A stretch of 41,593 nucleotides of DNA from Guillardia theta CCMP2712 (taxonomy: Eukaryota; Protista; Cryptophyta): the NCBI RefSeq assembly GCF_000315625.1, contig NW_005434592.1, positions 355,383 through 396,975 on the forward strand. Reading direction: 5' to 3'. The first letter of the stretch is position 1. Each line of letters starts with the position of its first letter. Positions 1 through 10,615 of this stretch are shown piece after piece. The notes below the pieces were generated by a model. It ran no database searches, was not told the origin of the DNA, and worked only from the letters and a program-made list of their open reading frames with translations. The translations under genes and the position numbers were made by a program.

Positions 1-207
1 CTCCCTCCCTCCCTCCCTCTCTCCCTCCCTCTCTCCTTACCCATCGCTCTCTTCTCCCCTCCCTACCCCTCATTCTCCCCTCCCTTCCCCTCATTCTTCC
101 AACTTTTTGTGTTTGAGGTTTGTTGTCTTCTGTTCCTCACTCTCCTTCCGCCCTCGCTTGCTGTCTCGATCTCTCTTGCGCTGCTGCCGCTCACGCTCCT
201 CCCTCAG

Positions 208-918
208 CTCTCACAGGGTGAAGTTGGTTATTGCGGTCCTCTGCTTACTGTGTGGGGCCGCAACGATGAAATCTATCCTCCGAATTCCGTGCTCGATCTC
301 AAGGTACTTCTGCTTGACCTCGCCTTCCTCCACCGCCGCTATCTCTCTTCCTCTGCCTCTTTTTCCTTACCCCCTACTCCATCCTCTACCCCATCCTCTA
401 CCTCCTCCACCCGATCCTTTACTCCCTCTACCCCATCCTCTACCCCATCCTCTACTCCATCCTCTACCCCATCCTTTACTCCCTCTACTCCATCCTCTAC
501 CCGATCCTCTACTCCATCCTCTACCCCATCCTCTACCCCCTCTACCCCATCCTCTACCCGATCCTCTACTCCATCCTCTACCCCATCCTCTACTCCCTCT
601 ACCCCGTCCTCTACTCCCTCTACCTCCTCTACCTCCACTTCCTTTCTTTCGTCGTCCTCAATCTGTGCATGCGAACCTCCTCCTTCTCCTTCTCGCTTCC
701 TTCCCCTCCTGCTCGCTCGCCCTCTCACCGCAGCGCAGGAGTGCCGACCAGACTTGGAGCTCAAGTGGATGGACGGGGGTCACTGCGCGCACGACGAGAG
801 GCCGCAGGAGTTCAACGAGCTGCTGGTGGAGTGGGCGAAGAGAGTAGAGGAGGAGCGGCGCCCGTTTCCCATCCCCCGCACGCCTCGCTACAAGATGCTA
901 GACCTGTGGCCCTTCTAG
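208..918 (+). CDS. Alpha/beta-hydrolase fold protein, last two exons (208-303, 739-918); 5' part outside the window
   Basis: Splicing GT304..AG738 joins in frame PLLTVWGRNDEIYP to WMDGGHCAHDERPQEFNELLVEW. This matches the WGxxD and GH(C)xHxExP motifs at the C-terminus of alpha/beta hydrolases. Confidence 0.8.
   Translation, partial: LSQGEVGYCGPLLTVWGRNDEIYPPNSVLDLKVLLLDLAFLHRRYLSSSASFSLPPTPSSTPSSTSSTRSFTPSTPSSTPSSTPSSTPSFTPSTPSSTRSSTPSSTPSSTPSTPSSTRSSTPSSTPSSTPSTPSSTPSTSSTSTSFLSSSSICACEPPPSPSRFLPLLLARPLTAAQECRPDLELKWMDGGHCAHDERPQEFNELLVEWAKRVEEERRPFPIPRTPRYKMLDLWPF
366..640. repeat. Intronic degenerate ~12-bp minisatellite (CCCCATCCTCTA-like)
   Basis: Directly visible tandem units inside the 304-738 intron. 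Confidence 0.9.
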
Positions 919-1182
919 AGCTACAGGAGGCGAGGGAGGTGGTGGTGTCAGACGGAGTGGAAAGTCAAGGTCATGACAAACTTAGAAATGAGTCTGGGAG
1001 GAGGAGGAAGAGGAAGAGGAAGAGGAAGAGGAAGAGGACGAGGACGAGGGGCATAAACTGTCACATCCACAGCTCGTTTGCCAGTCAGTGGAACAAGTTC
1101 CGTCCTCCCTCCTCCACACAGTTGGCGTCAAGGGTTTATCAACCTTCACTCCCATCCTCATCGTCGAGCCAAGGCCTCTAGC

Positions 1183-1971
1183 CTAGCCGCCGCCTCCTCC
1201 AGCTCCTTCACCGCGGGCTTCAGCGATCCCTCCAGCTGCCTCACCTTGCAGACAGTCATTTCCTTCCTCCTTCCCCTCTTCCCACTTCAGGTTCCCTCCC
1301 CGCCTAACCCCCCGCCTCTCCCTCCTCGTCCTCTTCCTCTTCCTCTTCCTCTTCCTCTTCCTCCTCCTCCTCCTCCTCCTCCTCCTCTTCCTGATTTTCC
1401 TCCGGAAAGCAGATCGGTCGTCCTTGCAGCTGGGCAATCAGAACGGCAAGGGAACCCGAGGGTCCAAATGGCAGACCTTGTTCAGGGCGTAGCAGAAGAT
1501 TTCGAAGCGCTCCTCATCATGTCGTTGGAAGACAGTCTGGGCAGGAGGTCAACCAGCACAACATTGATCCTACACCCTACCTGCAGCAGATGAGCAGTCA
1601 CATGGTGCCGAAAGTCTGCCATCATGTATCCGATACGGAGCCGATGGAGCGGAGGCTCGAGCTCCAGGCCAAACGACGAGGGGAGGAACGGGATCTTGTA
1701 CCGAACCTGTTAGAATAGCTTGTGAGAACAAGGCGATGGAGAGGCAGGGGAGGTGAAAGACGATCTGCACATCCTCCCCCTCCCTGTACCTTCTCTAGTG
1801 CTCGAATAGCATGAGACTCAGCGATTCCAAGCATCTGCTCAGAGTCGAAGGGAGAGAGGAGGGAGTAGTACGGCCCCACTGTAGTCAAGTGACGTTGCGA
1901 CAGCTGCTGTTCCGTCACATTCTTGAGCTTTTCCAACAAGAAATCTCTCTCGTCCCAATCAATCACCTTGA
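1183..1971 (-). CDS. O-GlcNAc transferase (GT41, SEC/OGT-like) fragment: start of the catalytic region only, apparently truncated
   Basis: Exons 1971-1790, 1706-1581, 1536-1477 and 1422 onward splice to VIDWDERD...VGPYYSLLSPFD...RLRIGYMMADFRHHVTAHLLQTVFQRHDEERFEIFCYALNKDDRSAFRRKI. This matches GT41 RLRIGYxSxDFxxH and EVFCYAL motifs. Similarity stops at a purine microsatellite near 1390. Confidence 0.75.
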
Positions 1972-2418
1972 NNNNNNNNNNNNNNNNNNNNNNNNNNNNN
2001 NNNNNNNNNNNNNNNNNNNNNNNNNNNNNNNNNNNNNNNNNNNNNNNNNNNNNNNNNNNNNNNNNNNNNNNNNNNNNNNNNNNNNNNNNNNNNNNNNNNN
2101 NNNNNNNNNNNNNNNNNNNNNNNNNNNNNNNNNNNNNNNNNNNNNNNNNNNNNNNNNNNNNNNNNNNNNNNNNNNNNNNNNNNNNNNNNNNNNNNNNNNN
2201 NNNNNNNNNNNNNNNNNNNNNNNNNNNNNNNNNNNNNNNNNNNNNNNNNNNNNNNNNNNNNNNNNNNNNNNNNNNNNNNNNNNNNNNNNNNNNNNNNNNN
2301 NNNNNNNNNNNNNNNNNNNNNNNNGGGGAGAAGGGAGAGAGAGAGGTCAAGGTGAGGAGGGGAAGGAGAATGAAGAAGGCGGGAAAAGGAAGGAAAAGAC
2401 TATCAAGGTCAGTCTGAC

Positions 2419-3354
2419 CTGACTCCCTGGAACTTCATTCTTGCTACCATCAATTTGACCGAAAACAAACTGAAGATTGTCAAGAATGGTCAGGAAGGAC
2501 GGGGAGGGACGTAGGGAATCAGGAAAAGAGCGAGGGGAGGGCGGAGAGAAAACAAGGGTCGGAAAGTGGTAAGAAGGGTATGAGACAGACGAAGAGTGAA
2601 GGATGGGATAGACGAAGAATGAAGGAGACAAAGAGAAGGAAGAGGAGGAGAGGGAAAGGAGGGAGAGGAGAACGGAAAAGATGACAGAGGAGGGGAGAGA
2701 TAGTGCTCTGAGGAGAGGAGGAGAGAAGGGAAGCAGGAGAGGAGAGCAGAAGGGGAGGAGAGGAGAGGAGGAGTAGGGTGAACCTCGCCAGGGAATCTCG
2801 TCTCAAAGTACTTCGCTGCCAACTTGTATTTCGGTTCGAGCGCCTGCATTTGACGTGAATGGGGCAGAAGGTAGGAGGATGATGAAGGAAGAGAGGAGGA
2901 GGAGACGAGGAGAGGAAGAGGTAGGTTTCGTAGCTGGAGCTGGAGCTGGAGCTGGAGCTGGAGCTGGAGCTGGAGCTGGAGCTGGAGCTGTATCTTACCC
3001 TACAATGTCTGCACCAAGGAGCGAAGAACTCGATCACAACATGACGATCCTGCTCGACAAACTCGCGAAACTGCTTGCCGACAATCTTCTTGACCACAGT
3101 CGCGTTCCAGTTGTCGTAAACCTGAAGAATGATGTCAGTGTCTTGCGTTGCTGGGAGGAGGAGGAGGAGGCGGGAGGAGGCGGGAGGAAGCAATGGAGAG
3201 TAGGAAAGAATAAACAAGGATGTAGCGCTTCGGCGGGAAGACTGCTGCTGATAGACTGGGCCGAGAAAGACACAGAAGGCAATGAAAAGGATGAAGAGAA
3301 AGAAGAGAAACGAAAATGGAATGTGCGGGAGCAGTGGGAACAGGAGCGGGAGCG

Positions 3355-3419
<65 letters not shown>

Positions 3420-5997
3420 GGCAGGAGCAGGAGCGACAGCAGGAACAGGAACAGGAGCAGGAGCAGGAGCAGGAGGAAGAAGAGTACGAGGAGGAGGAAG
3501 TGAAAACCTTCTCAGAGATGTGGTATGGTTGCAGCTTGTCTTTGAGAAAGTCATCAAGAAAGGCTAGAATTCTCTCCTGCTGTCCGTCAGCTCTCCTGCC
3601 CCTCCATGCTCTTCCTCCTCCTCCATTCTCCCACCTACCCGCCCACTCCCTTTCCCATCCCCTTTCTGGTCGTCCTCACTTTGCCACCTCCTCCAACCCT
3701 TACCTTCTCTGTCCTCCTCCTCTCCTCCCCCTCTCGTCCTCCCCCTCTCGTCCCCCTCTCGTCCTCCCCTCATCCTCCTCATCCTCTGCTTGCTTCTCAC
3801 CTTGTTCAATTTGCCTTCCTCGAGCCGGTACCTCTTGCTCTTGTCGATTCGAATCACGTACACCCAGCTCTCCTCTCCGGTCTGCAGTCCTGCCCAGCTG
3901 AAACGCAACAGCGTGAAAAGGGCGCAGCAAAGAGCAACGGGGGTGTGGAGATGAGAGAGAGGGGGGGGGGGGGAGGGGAGGAGGGCAAGAGGGGAGGAGA
4001 AGGAGGAAGAGGAAGGAGGGAAGAGCAGAGCAGAGCAGAGCAGAGGAGGAAAGAGAGGAGGAGGGGGAGGGGAGGGAGGAGAGGAGAGCTCACTTGCTGA
4101 TCCTCTTGTTGGTCTCATTGACTATCTCAACGAAGTTGAACCTGTCGCGCATCTCCTGCTCCATCCCGTCACCCCCCAGCAGGAAGTTTGCGGCGTCTCT
4201 TGCCATCGCAGCGGCCCGGAACTCCTCCAGGTCCTGAGGTGAAGCTCGGAAGATCAAGACCTGAAGGTTGCGGTCAGAACAGCCCGGGGGCAGCTGAGAA
4301 TCTGACCTTGGGCACCGTGTCGTCCAGGTAGAAATCCTCTTCGTTCTCGTCTCCAAGCTTGAGGATGACAGGATTCGAGAGCTGAGAGTGGTTGAGAACA
4401 GAACCGAGCACACCAGAGCATAGCAGAGCATAGCAGGGCAGAGCATAGCAGGGCAGGGCAGAGCAGGGCAGGGCAGAGCAGGGCAGACGCAGACGCAGAG
4501 CATAGCACAGCACAGCACAGCACAGCACAGCACAGCACAGCACAGCACAGCACAGCACAGCACAGCACAGCACAGCACAGCACAGCACAGGGAGGAGGGG
4601 AGGGGAGCAGGAGACCTTGATGACCTCCCTTGCAAGCTCGTTCGGATCGGGGGAGCCGGAGTAGAGGATCTCTCGCCCAGTCTCGCTGATCGAGTTGTCT
4701 TCCTCCACTTTGGTGTAAAACCTCACCGCAGGCATCTACAACTCGATCAGGATGTTGAAAAGATGGAGATGAGCGAGGGTCGCGTCAAAGTGAAGAGTTG
4801 TTGTGGACGAGGACAACGCGTTTGGGCTGGATGAAGGAGAAACATTTGGAAGTTGAGAGAGAGAGGAAAGGAGAGGAAGGAGAGAGAGAGAGAGAGAGGA
4901 GAGGAGAGGAGAGAGAGAGAGAGAGGAGGAGGAGAGGAGAGAAGAGAGGAAGAGAAGTATATTGTGGGCGAGGATGAAGCATACCTTCACGCCCATCGCC
5001 TGCGCCACCTGCGGGTTGTTGACCATCTCGAAGTCTTTTCCCTTCAGTCTCGATTCTGGTCCGTCGGTCAGGACGACCCGCGCGGCTACCACCTCGTCCT
5101 ACCAACGTCTTGGAAGGCATGATACAGCTTATCCTCAGTGTTGTCAAAAAATCCCACAGCGAGGAACCTGCTGTACAATCTCAGGACACGCCTGTTCCTC
5201 CTTGGCAGCGATTCGACCGTGTCATGCTGTCAATGCGAGCCTTCAAGCCCTCGACAGTGTCGACGTCAGAGGACATGGTCGTGTGCCTCCTGCACCACTC
5301 CACGATCTTGCCCGCCTGTCGCTCGTTGGGCTGCAAGCTGGTCAGCTTGCCGTCCTCGAACCACTTGAGCGTCGGGAACGACTTGACACCATACTCTTCC
5401 TGCTCTCCTCGTCATCGCTCCTCCCTTCTTCTGCCTCTCTACCTGCACGCTGGGATACTGAGTGACGTCCAGCCTGGCAAGAACGACCTGGCTGCTTTCT
5501 GCGCTGATTTCTTCTGCGGCTTGACTGTTTCCCAGCACGATGGTCAATCATCCCCTCTCCATGCTTCCTCATCTTCCCACCTGTACTCTGGCTCGAGGGC
5601 CTGACAATGTCCACACCTGCAACAAGTTTCAACCAACCAGTTACGAGCATGCAGAGACCGTCCAAGGGGCGACAGAACACAAGGAGCGGTCAGGAGGGAG
5701 ATCGAGTAGGAAGTGAGGTGAGGAGGGAGATCGAGCGAGAGATGAGGCGAGGAGGGAAGAAGATCGTCACCATGGTGCGTAGAATTCGAGCATCATGTAC
5801 TTGTACTGCTGTGACGTGGACTGGAACGAGGAGGATCAGGGGATCAGGAGAGAAGCTTACAAGGTACGTACAGTTATGTTGTCTGGAGAGAGATCAAGCA
5901 CTTTAGAGGCAGAGGAGGAGGAGGAGGAGGAGGAGGCAGCGGGCATGACGCAGGCGACGACGGCCAGGGCCAGGGCAAGCCGGCACCCTGACACCAT
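2419..5997 (-). CDS. Protein disulfide isomerase, multi-exon; 3' end runs into the N gap
   Basis: Signal peptide MVSGCRLALALAVVAC. Spliced a domain [20 protein letters not shown]...ARLDV...YGVKSFPTLKWF. Second Trx domain VVIEFFAPWCRHC...QALEPKY...FGQIDGSKNEV. Confidence 0.88.
2932..2990. repeat. (GCTGGA)n microsatellite in a PDI intron
   Basis: Direct observation. Confidence 0.95.
3340..3475. repeat. (GGAGCA)n microsatellite in a PDI intron
   Basis: Direct observation. Confidence 0.95.
4415..4590. repeat. (CACAG)n / (GCAGG/GCAGA)n pentamer microsatellite in a PDI intron
   Basis: Direct observation. Confidence 0.95.
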
Positions 5998-6084
5998 ATG
6001 CACCGCCGGGAAAGTTCTGAAAGGCTGTTTCTGTAGAATTTTTGCGAAGGGCAAAGTTTAAAAAAGTTTGAGGCATCATTGAAA

Positions 6085-7245
6085 ATGGCGGTGGGAGGTG
6101 GAGGAGCAAGCATGTACATGGGGAGCCTGGCGCTCGCCATGCTGCTGATGATCGTGAGCATTCTCATACGACTAGAGGGGAGAAGGTCTGTATATCCCTC
6201 GCCATGCCGACGTTGATCCTCGACTGATTCGGCATGTTGATTTGACAGGGCCATTCTACTCCAAGTCCTCGTGGTGATCGGAAGCACACTGAAAGTCTGT
6301 TGGGATAGGATCTTCGAGTATGTAAAGCAGGAGCTAGATGCTGCCAACTGCCCTGGAGGAGATGTTCCCTTCACTGACTGGGTGGGAGTCGTTTCTCGTA
6401 TTTCTGACTGCAACACCGAACGCTGGCTCGATCAACCGTCGGGTCAGATCTTCCTCAAGGCGTACCAGCTGGTGACTGCGGATGCCTCCGGGTGGTTCTG
6501 GTCGCAGGTCCTCCTGACCCTAGTGACGCCCTTGTTCCTTCACCTGCATGTCAACCGTGTGGCCTTGAAGCGGTGGGAGAGGGTGGCGATCACTGGTGTC
6601 GGTCTCCTTGGAGCTATCTGCTCTGCCTTCTCTGCCGCCTTGCTCCTGTTGAACATTCTCCACAGTCGGAAGACGATCCTAAGGAGCAGGAAGGACGTGG
6701 AGGACGAGAGGAAGGGGTGCAGTGAGGTACGGGTTTCGCCTCTGGTGATTGCTTCAGGCTTCTTGTCGTTGCTGTGCGTGTTCTTCTTCCTGCCAAAGAC
6801 CGTGAACACAGACTCCACTGCCTTCACGTTCTTCCTCCTCCTCCTGCACCTCTCCTTGCTAGCTCCTTCCTTGGACGCCACTCCCTGGAGCCCTCTGAAG
6901 GACTCGAGGCAGTTCTCGCGCAGGAAGCTCTTCCTTGCTGTTGGGATCTGCTCGGCATTCCTGCATCTAGAAGCGCTTCTTTCAAGTCTCCACAAGAGCA
7001 GCGGGCCCTCTTTCTTCTCTGCCGCTCTCGCCAACCCTTGCCAGGTACCTCTCCAGTCGTCTCTCCTGCTCTTCTCATAGAGCTAGCAGACGTCCATCTT
7101 TGCCGATGCCATGCTGTCTACTGGCTTCGTCTTATTGTACATGCTGTCCATGTCGGGGATGGGGGCGTTCAAGTATGTTGCTCTCGCTCCCCTGCTAGGG
7201 CCTGGCGCCATGCTTTCGTTCTACTTGCGCGAGCAGAAGTTCTAA
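6085..7245 (+). CDS. Multi-pass membrane protein of unknown function (3 exons)
   Basis: ATG at 6085, short GT-AG introns at ~6186-6248 and ~7046-7089, many hydrophobic helices, ending LAPLLGPGAMLSFYLREQKF*. Confidence 0.7.
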
Positions 7246-7386
7246 GATGACGGGTTTGCAAGTTTTCACTTGATGTAGCTGAAAGACGGGGAGGTCGAGC
7301 AGCGAGAAGACGAGAAGAGTGGGGGGGAAGCATAGCTTCAAGTGGCGTGCTGGCTCAGATTTTGAATTGGCGTGTTGTTTCAAATT

Positions 7387-10108
7387 TCATCGTGGGAGGG
7401 GAAAGGAGAAACAAAACATCCTCTTGCCAGGAGCGACGAGCCTCACCTCCCTCAACCTGTTCAAATCGTCAGCCTCCTCTCCTACTGCCATCTTGAGCAA
7501 GTCGCTGGTGACCTGACGGACTCCCTGGGGATGGTTCTACCCAGAGACAAGCACGCCCTCTCATGGATCTGCTCAGCTCCAGTTACGCAAAAGGACAAGA
7601 GGAGCCTGTGTGGTTTGAGACAGACCTCAGCCTCGGGGTCGTCATGCTTGGAGAAGCAGTAAAGATGAATCATAGGGGGCTCGCATGCGGAGGAGCTGTC
7701 GACGTTGAAGGCATCAAGAAAGTCGCTGGCACTGAGCAAGGAGATCAGTGGTGGCCCGTCCACTGTCCCCGAACTCACCTGGCAGGAAGGTTCATGATGA
7801 CATGCACGCGTCTTCTGGTGCTGTTCGCCTGCAAAAGGATCAACTTGAGTTCAAGTAGGGGATAAGATAATGGCACCGCGTGGCTCGCCATTCTCTGCCG
7901 AATGAATTCTCTCGCGTCCAAGTTGGAACATTGAGCGACGAGTTGCTCGCATCTTTTCCCAAACTTCTTTGCGTTGAGCTTGTAGTTCATCTTTTGATTT
8001 GACTTGTCATCGCCAACAAGTCCACATGCCTTCATTCACCTTGCAGTAATGGTGCGACTCAGGGTTCAGATCGTTGGCAAACACGTTGCAGCCCTGTTGC
8101 ATTTCAACGACGAGGTCATACAATCATTAACCACCTTCACAGCAGCGACGAGCGCAAAGGGCCCGATGCCGGCAAACACATCCCAGATCTGCCGACCCGT
8201 CAAGTCGCTGTTGAGACAGAGAGTCTGTACCTCACTGTCAGGCTCGAAACCTTCTACCAGCACCTCTCTCTCGTGGTCCAGCCTCGAATTCCAATAGACC
8301 TGAGGGTCAGGGATGTGAGCCTTGCCGTTCATTCGAGTACCACTGCTGCACAGTGGCGAAACATAGGATCGTTGACCTTGCTGTAATCGAGCTTGAAAAC
8401 AAGATCGTTTTGCTTCACCTTTCAGCAAGAGATTTGATATTCGACATGAAAGGGCCTCCTCCTCTTAACATATTACTACCTCTGTAGACATATCAGGAAT
8501 CCCCGCCAAGACTTCGAACTTTTAAAGAAAAGTGTGAGGTCAACTCAATCTGAGTACCAATATTCTCTATCACCTCAGGCACGCGCAACTTGTTTTCTAT
8601 CTGCCCTACCTAAAGTAAACGCGAGTCAACAGGCACAGATGCTTCTTCAATGGCAGCATTCTTTGTTGACTACAGTCTTGATGTGTGCCGACTTGAGCAA
8701 AATCACCTGTAGACATCTGGATAAGCAGAAGCAGTGGACAAGGTCGAGAGGATACTTGTGCGATCAAGTGTTTGAAGGGCTGGTGCTCATCCTTCAGGTT
8801 CAGATGTGCGATATGCCCTTGAGACAGTCAATCTCAGATCCCAGGGCGAATGGGTTGGAGGCTCACCGATCTGTTGGAATCCAGTAGGAATTGTGACATT
8901 CTGATCCACAAGGTCAACAAGTGAAGCAGCCGCACAGCTCAAGGCACCTCAGGCAGCAACTCTCGCATCATCTCGTCGGCCCCTAGGTTCTGATGAGTGA
9001 TCATGACCTGATCGATCGATCATCGAGAGATACAGCTTCAAGATTATATGCTTTCCTTCTCGCTCACAATGCTTGCATCGTACTTCTCCGAGAAGCGTTT
9101 CACGTCATCGTGCATATCGTCCATTCCGTATGCATGGTCGTTGCTGGTGTTTCTGAACATGGCTTGCATACTTCCATCGTCTTCGACATGTTTTGATACA
9201 AGAAGTATCCTGTCCTGTTGTTAACCCCGAGAACAAAGAGTGGACATGAATCACTCGCCTTCTCTTGTCTGGATTTTCATGATCTTTCCTTACAATCTGT
9301 TGAGAGCAATCAAACGGCATGCCAAGAAGCTTTCATCGCGGACGTCACAACTAACCTTCAGTTTTGGTAAGTTGAAGAGGTACTTTCTCAACTCCGTGTG
9401 AACAAGGGAGCAATGTCTACCGAGCTTGTAAACAAAACATCTTTTTACAATCCAAAGTCTGCCTTGCATCTAGTCGGATTGCCGGCACAACGATCTCCTT
9501 TGAGAACGAAGAGATATTCAGGCTGCCATTGCGTTAGTGTCGATCTTGAACTTCTCGTGCTTCACTCGTTCTCCCGGTTCATATCTCCACCAGTGTGGAC
9601 AGCTCGACACTGTGTCTTGCGAATCTTCTTGGTGTCATGCTGCGCTGCTACACCTGCATGTGGCGATGTGGGTTGTAGATTAGAGACAGCCAAACAGACC
9701 TGAAGGATCCGCGGGTCGCCCCCACAGCCTCTTTCTCCTCGATGTGAGGCTCTCGACCGTGTGACTTGAAGCTGAACCCATGGAGAGGAAAGGGATCCAT
9801 CCAAACAGGTTCCACCATTGCCCGAGAGACCCTCCCCTCAGGTTCATCCTGCATTCCACTACTCTCGCTTCCTTGAACCTTTGCTGCGACACAACATTGT
9901 CAGAAATCGCGCCCGTCAAGGCTCATTCGTGGGATCCAACCTTCGATCGTGGCGAACGATCAATGAGCCAAGGGGAGGAGGACGATAAGGGGGAAGTCGA
10001 GGAGCAGCAGAGGGCTGAGGCTTCGTTTCTGACGGCGCCATGCTCGGATCGGAGCCCGCCTAGACTGCATGGGATGAACCCGAAGCTGGGCTGCCGTACC
10101 ATCCTCAT
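7387..10108 (-). CDS. TRM5: tRNA (guanine37-N1)-methyltransferase Trm5, multi-exon; start uncertain
   Basis: Exon motifs [62 protein letters not shown] and the C-terminal [19 protein letters not shown]. Confidence 0.9.
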
Positions 10109-10615
10109 GCTTCCTTAGTGCATCAAGAGCGCTTGTGCAGGCCACGCTGTTGCAGCCGTTCCACTGGCTGTTGCCTTTGACCCGTGACGCCCCCGGGGCG
10201 GCGGCCCCGGGCCCGGTTGGTACCGTACGGTACTACGGTCACCCGGTACGGTAGTGGGCCGGGCCCAAACTTAAGCCGGGCCCGTACTTAACGGTACCTT
10301 GGGCGGCTACCGGCTAAGGCTGAACTTGCCTTGGCTTGAAGTGCTTGAAGTGACTGAGGGCCGGGGGGCCCTCAGTGACCCTTCGACTCTGTCCGGTCAC
10401 CCGGGTGGTCTCAGTACTGGCAGTCCGATCGGGCCCGGGCCCCGGGTGGCCCGGCACCGTGAGCCTGGCCACCCGGTGACCGGCGGGCCGCGGCGGCCCC
10501 CAGTGACCCTCCGAACTCGATGATCGTCCGTGACAGCTCAGCGGCGAAGGCTTGAAGCCTGGTGACCGTCGTAAAGGTATACCGTCAATGTATTTCACTA
10601 CATCACTCAGTCAAG

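Noticed and set aside
107-5200. Long low-complexity ORFs (poly-PLP, AGAG, CCAVL, EQEQ)
   Set aside because: They are read-throughs of intronic microsatellites or antisense frames of spliced genes.
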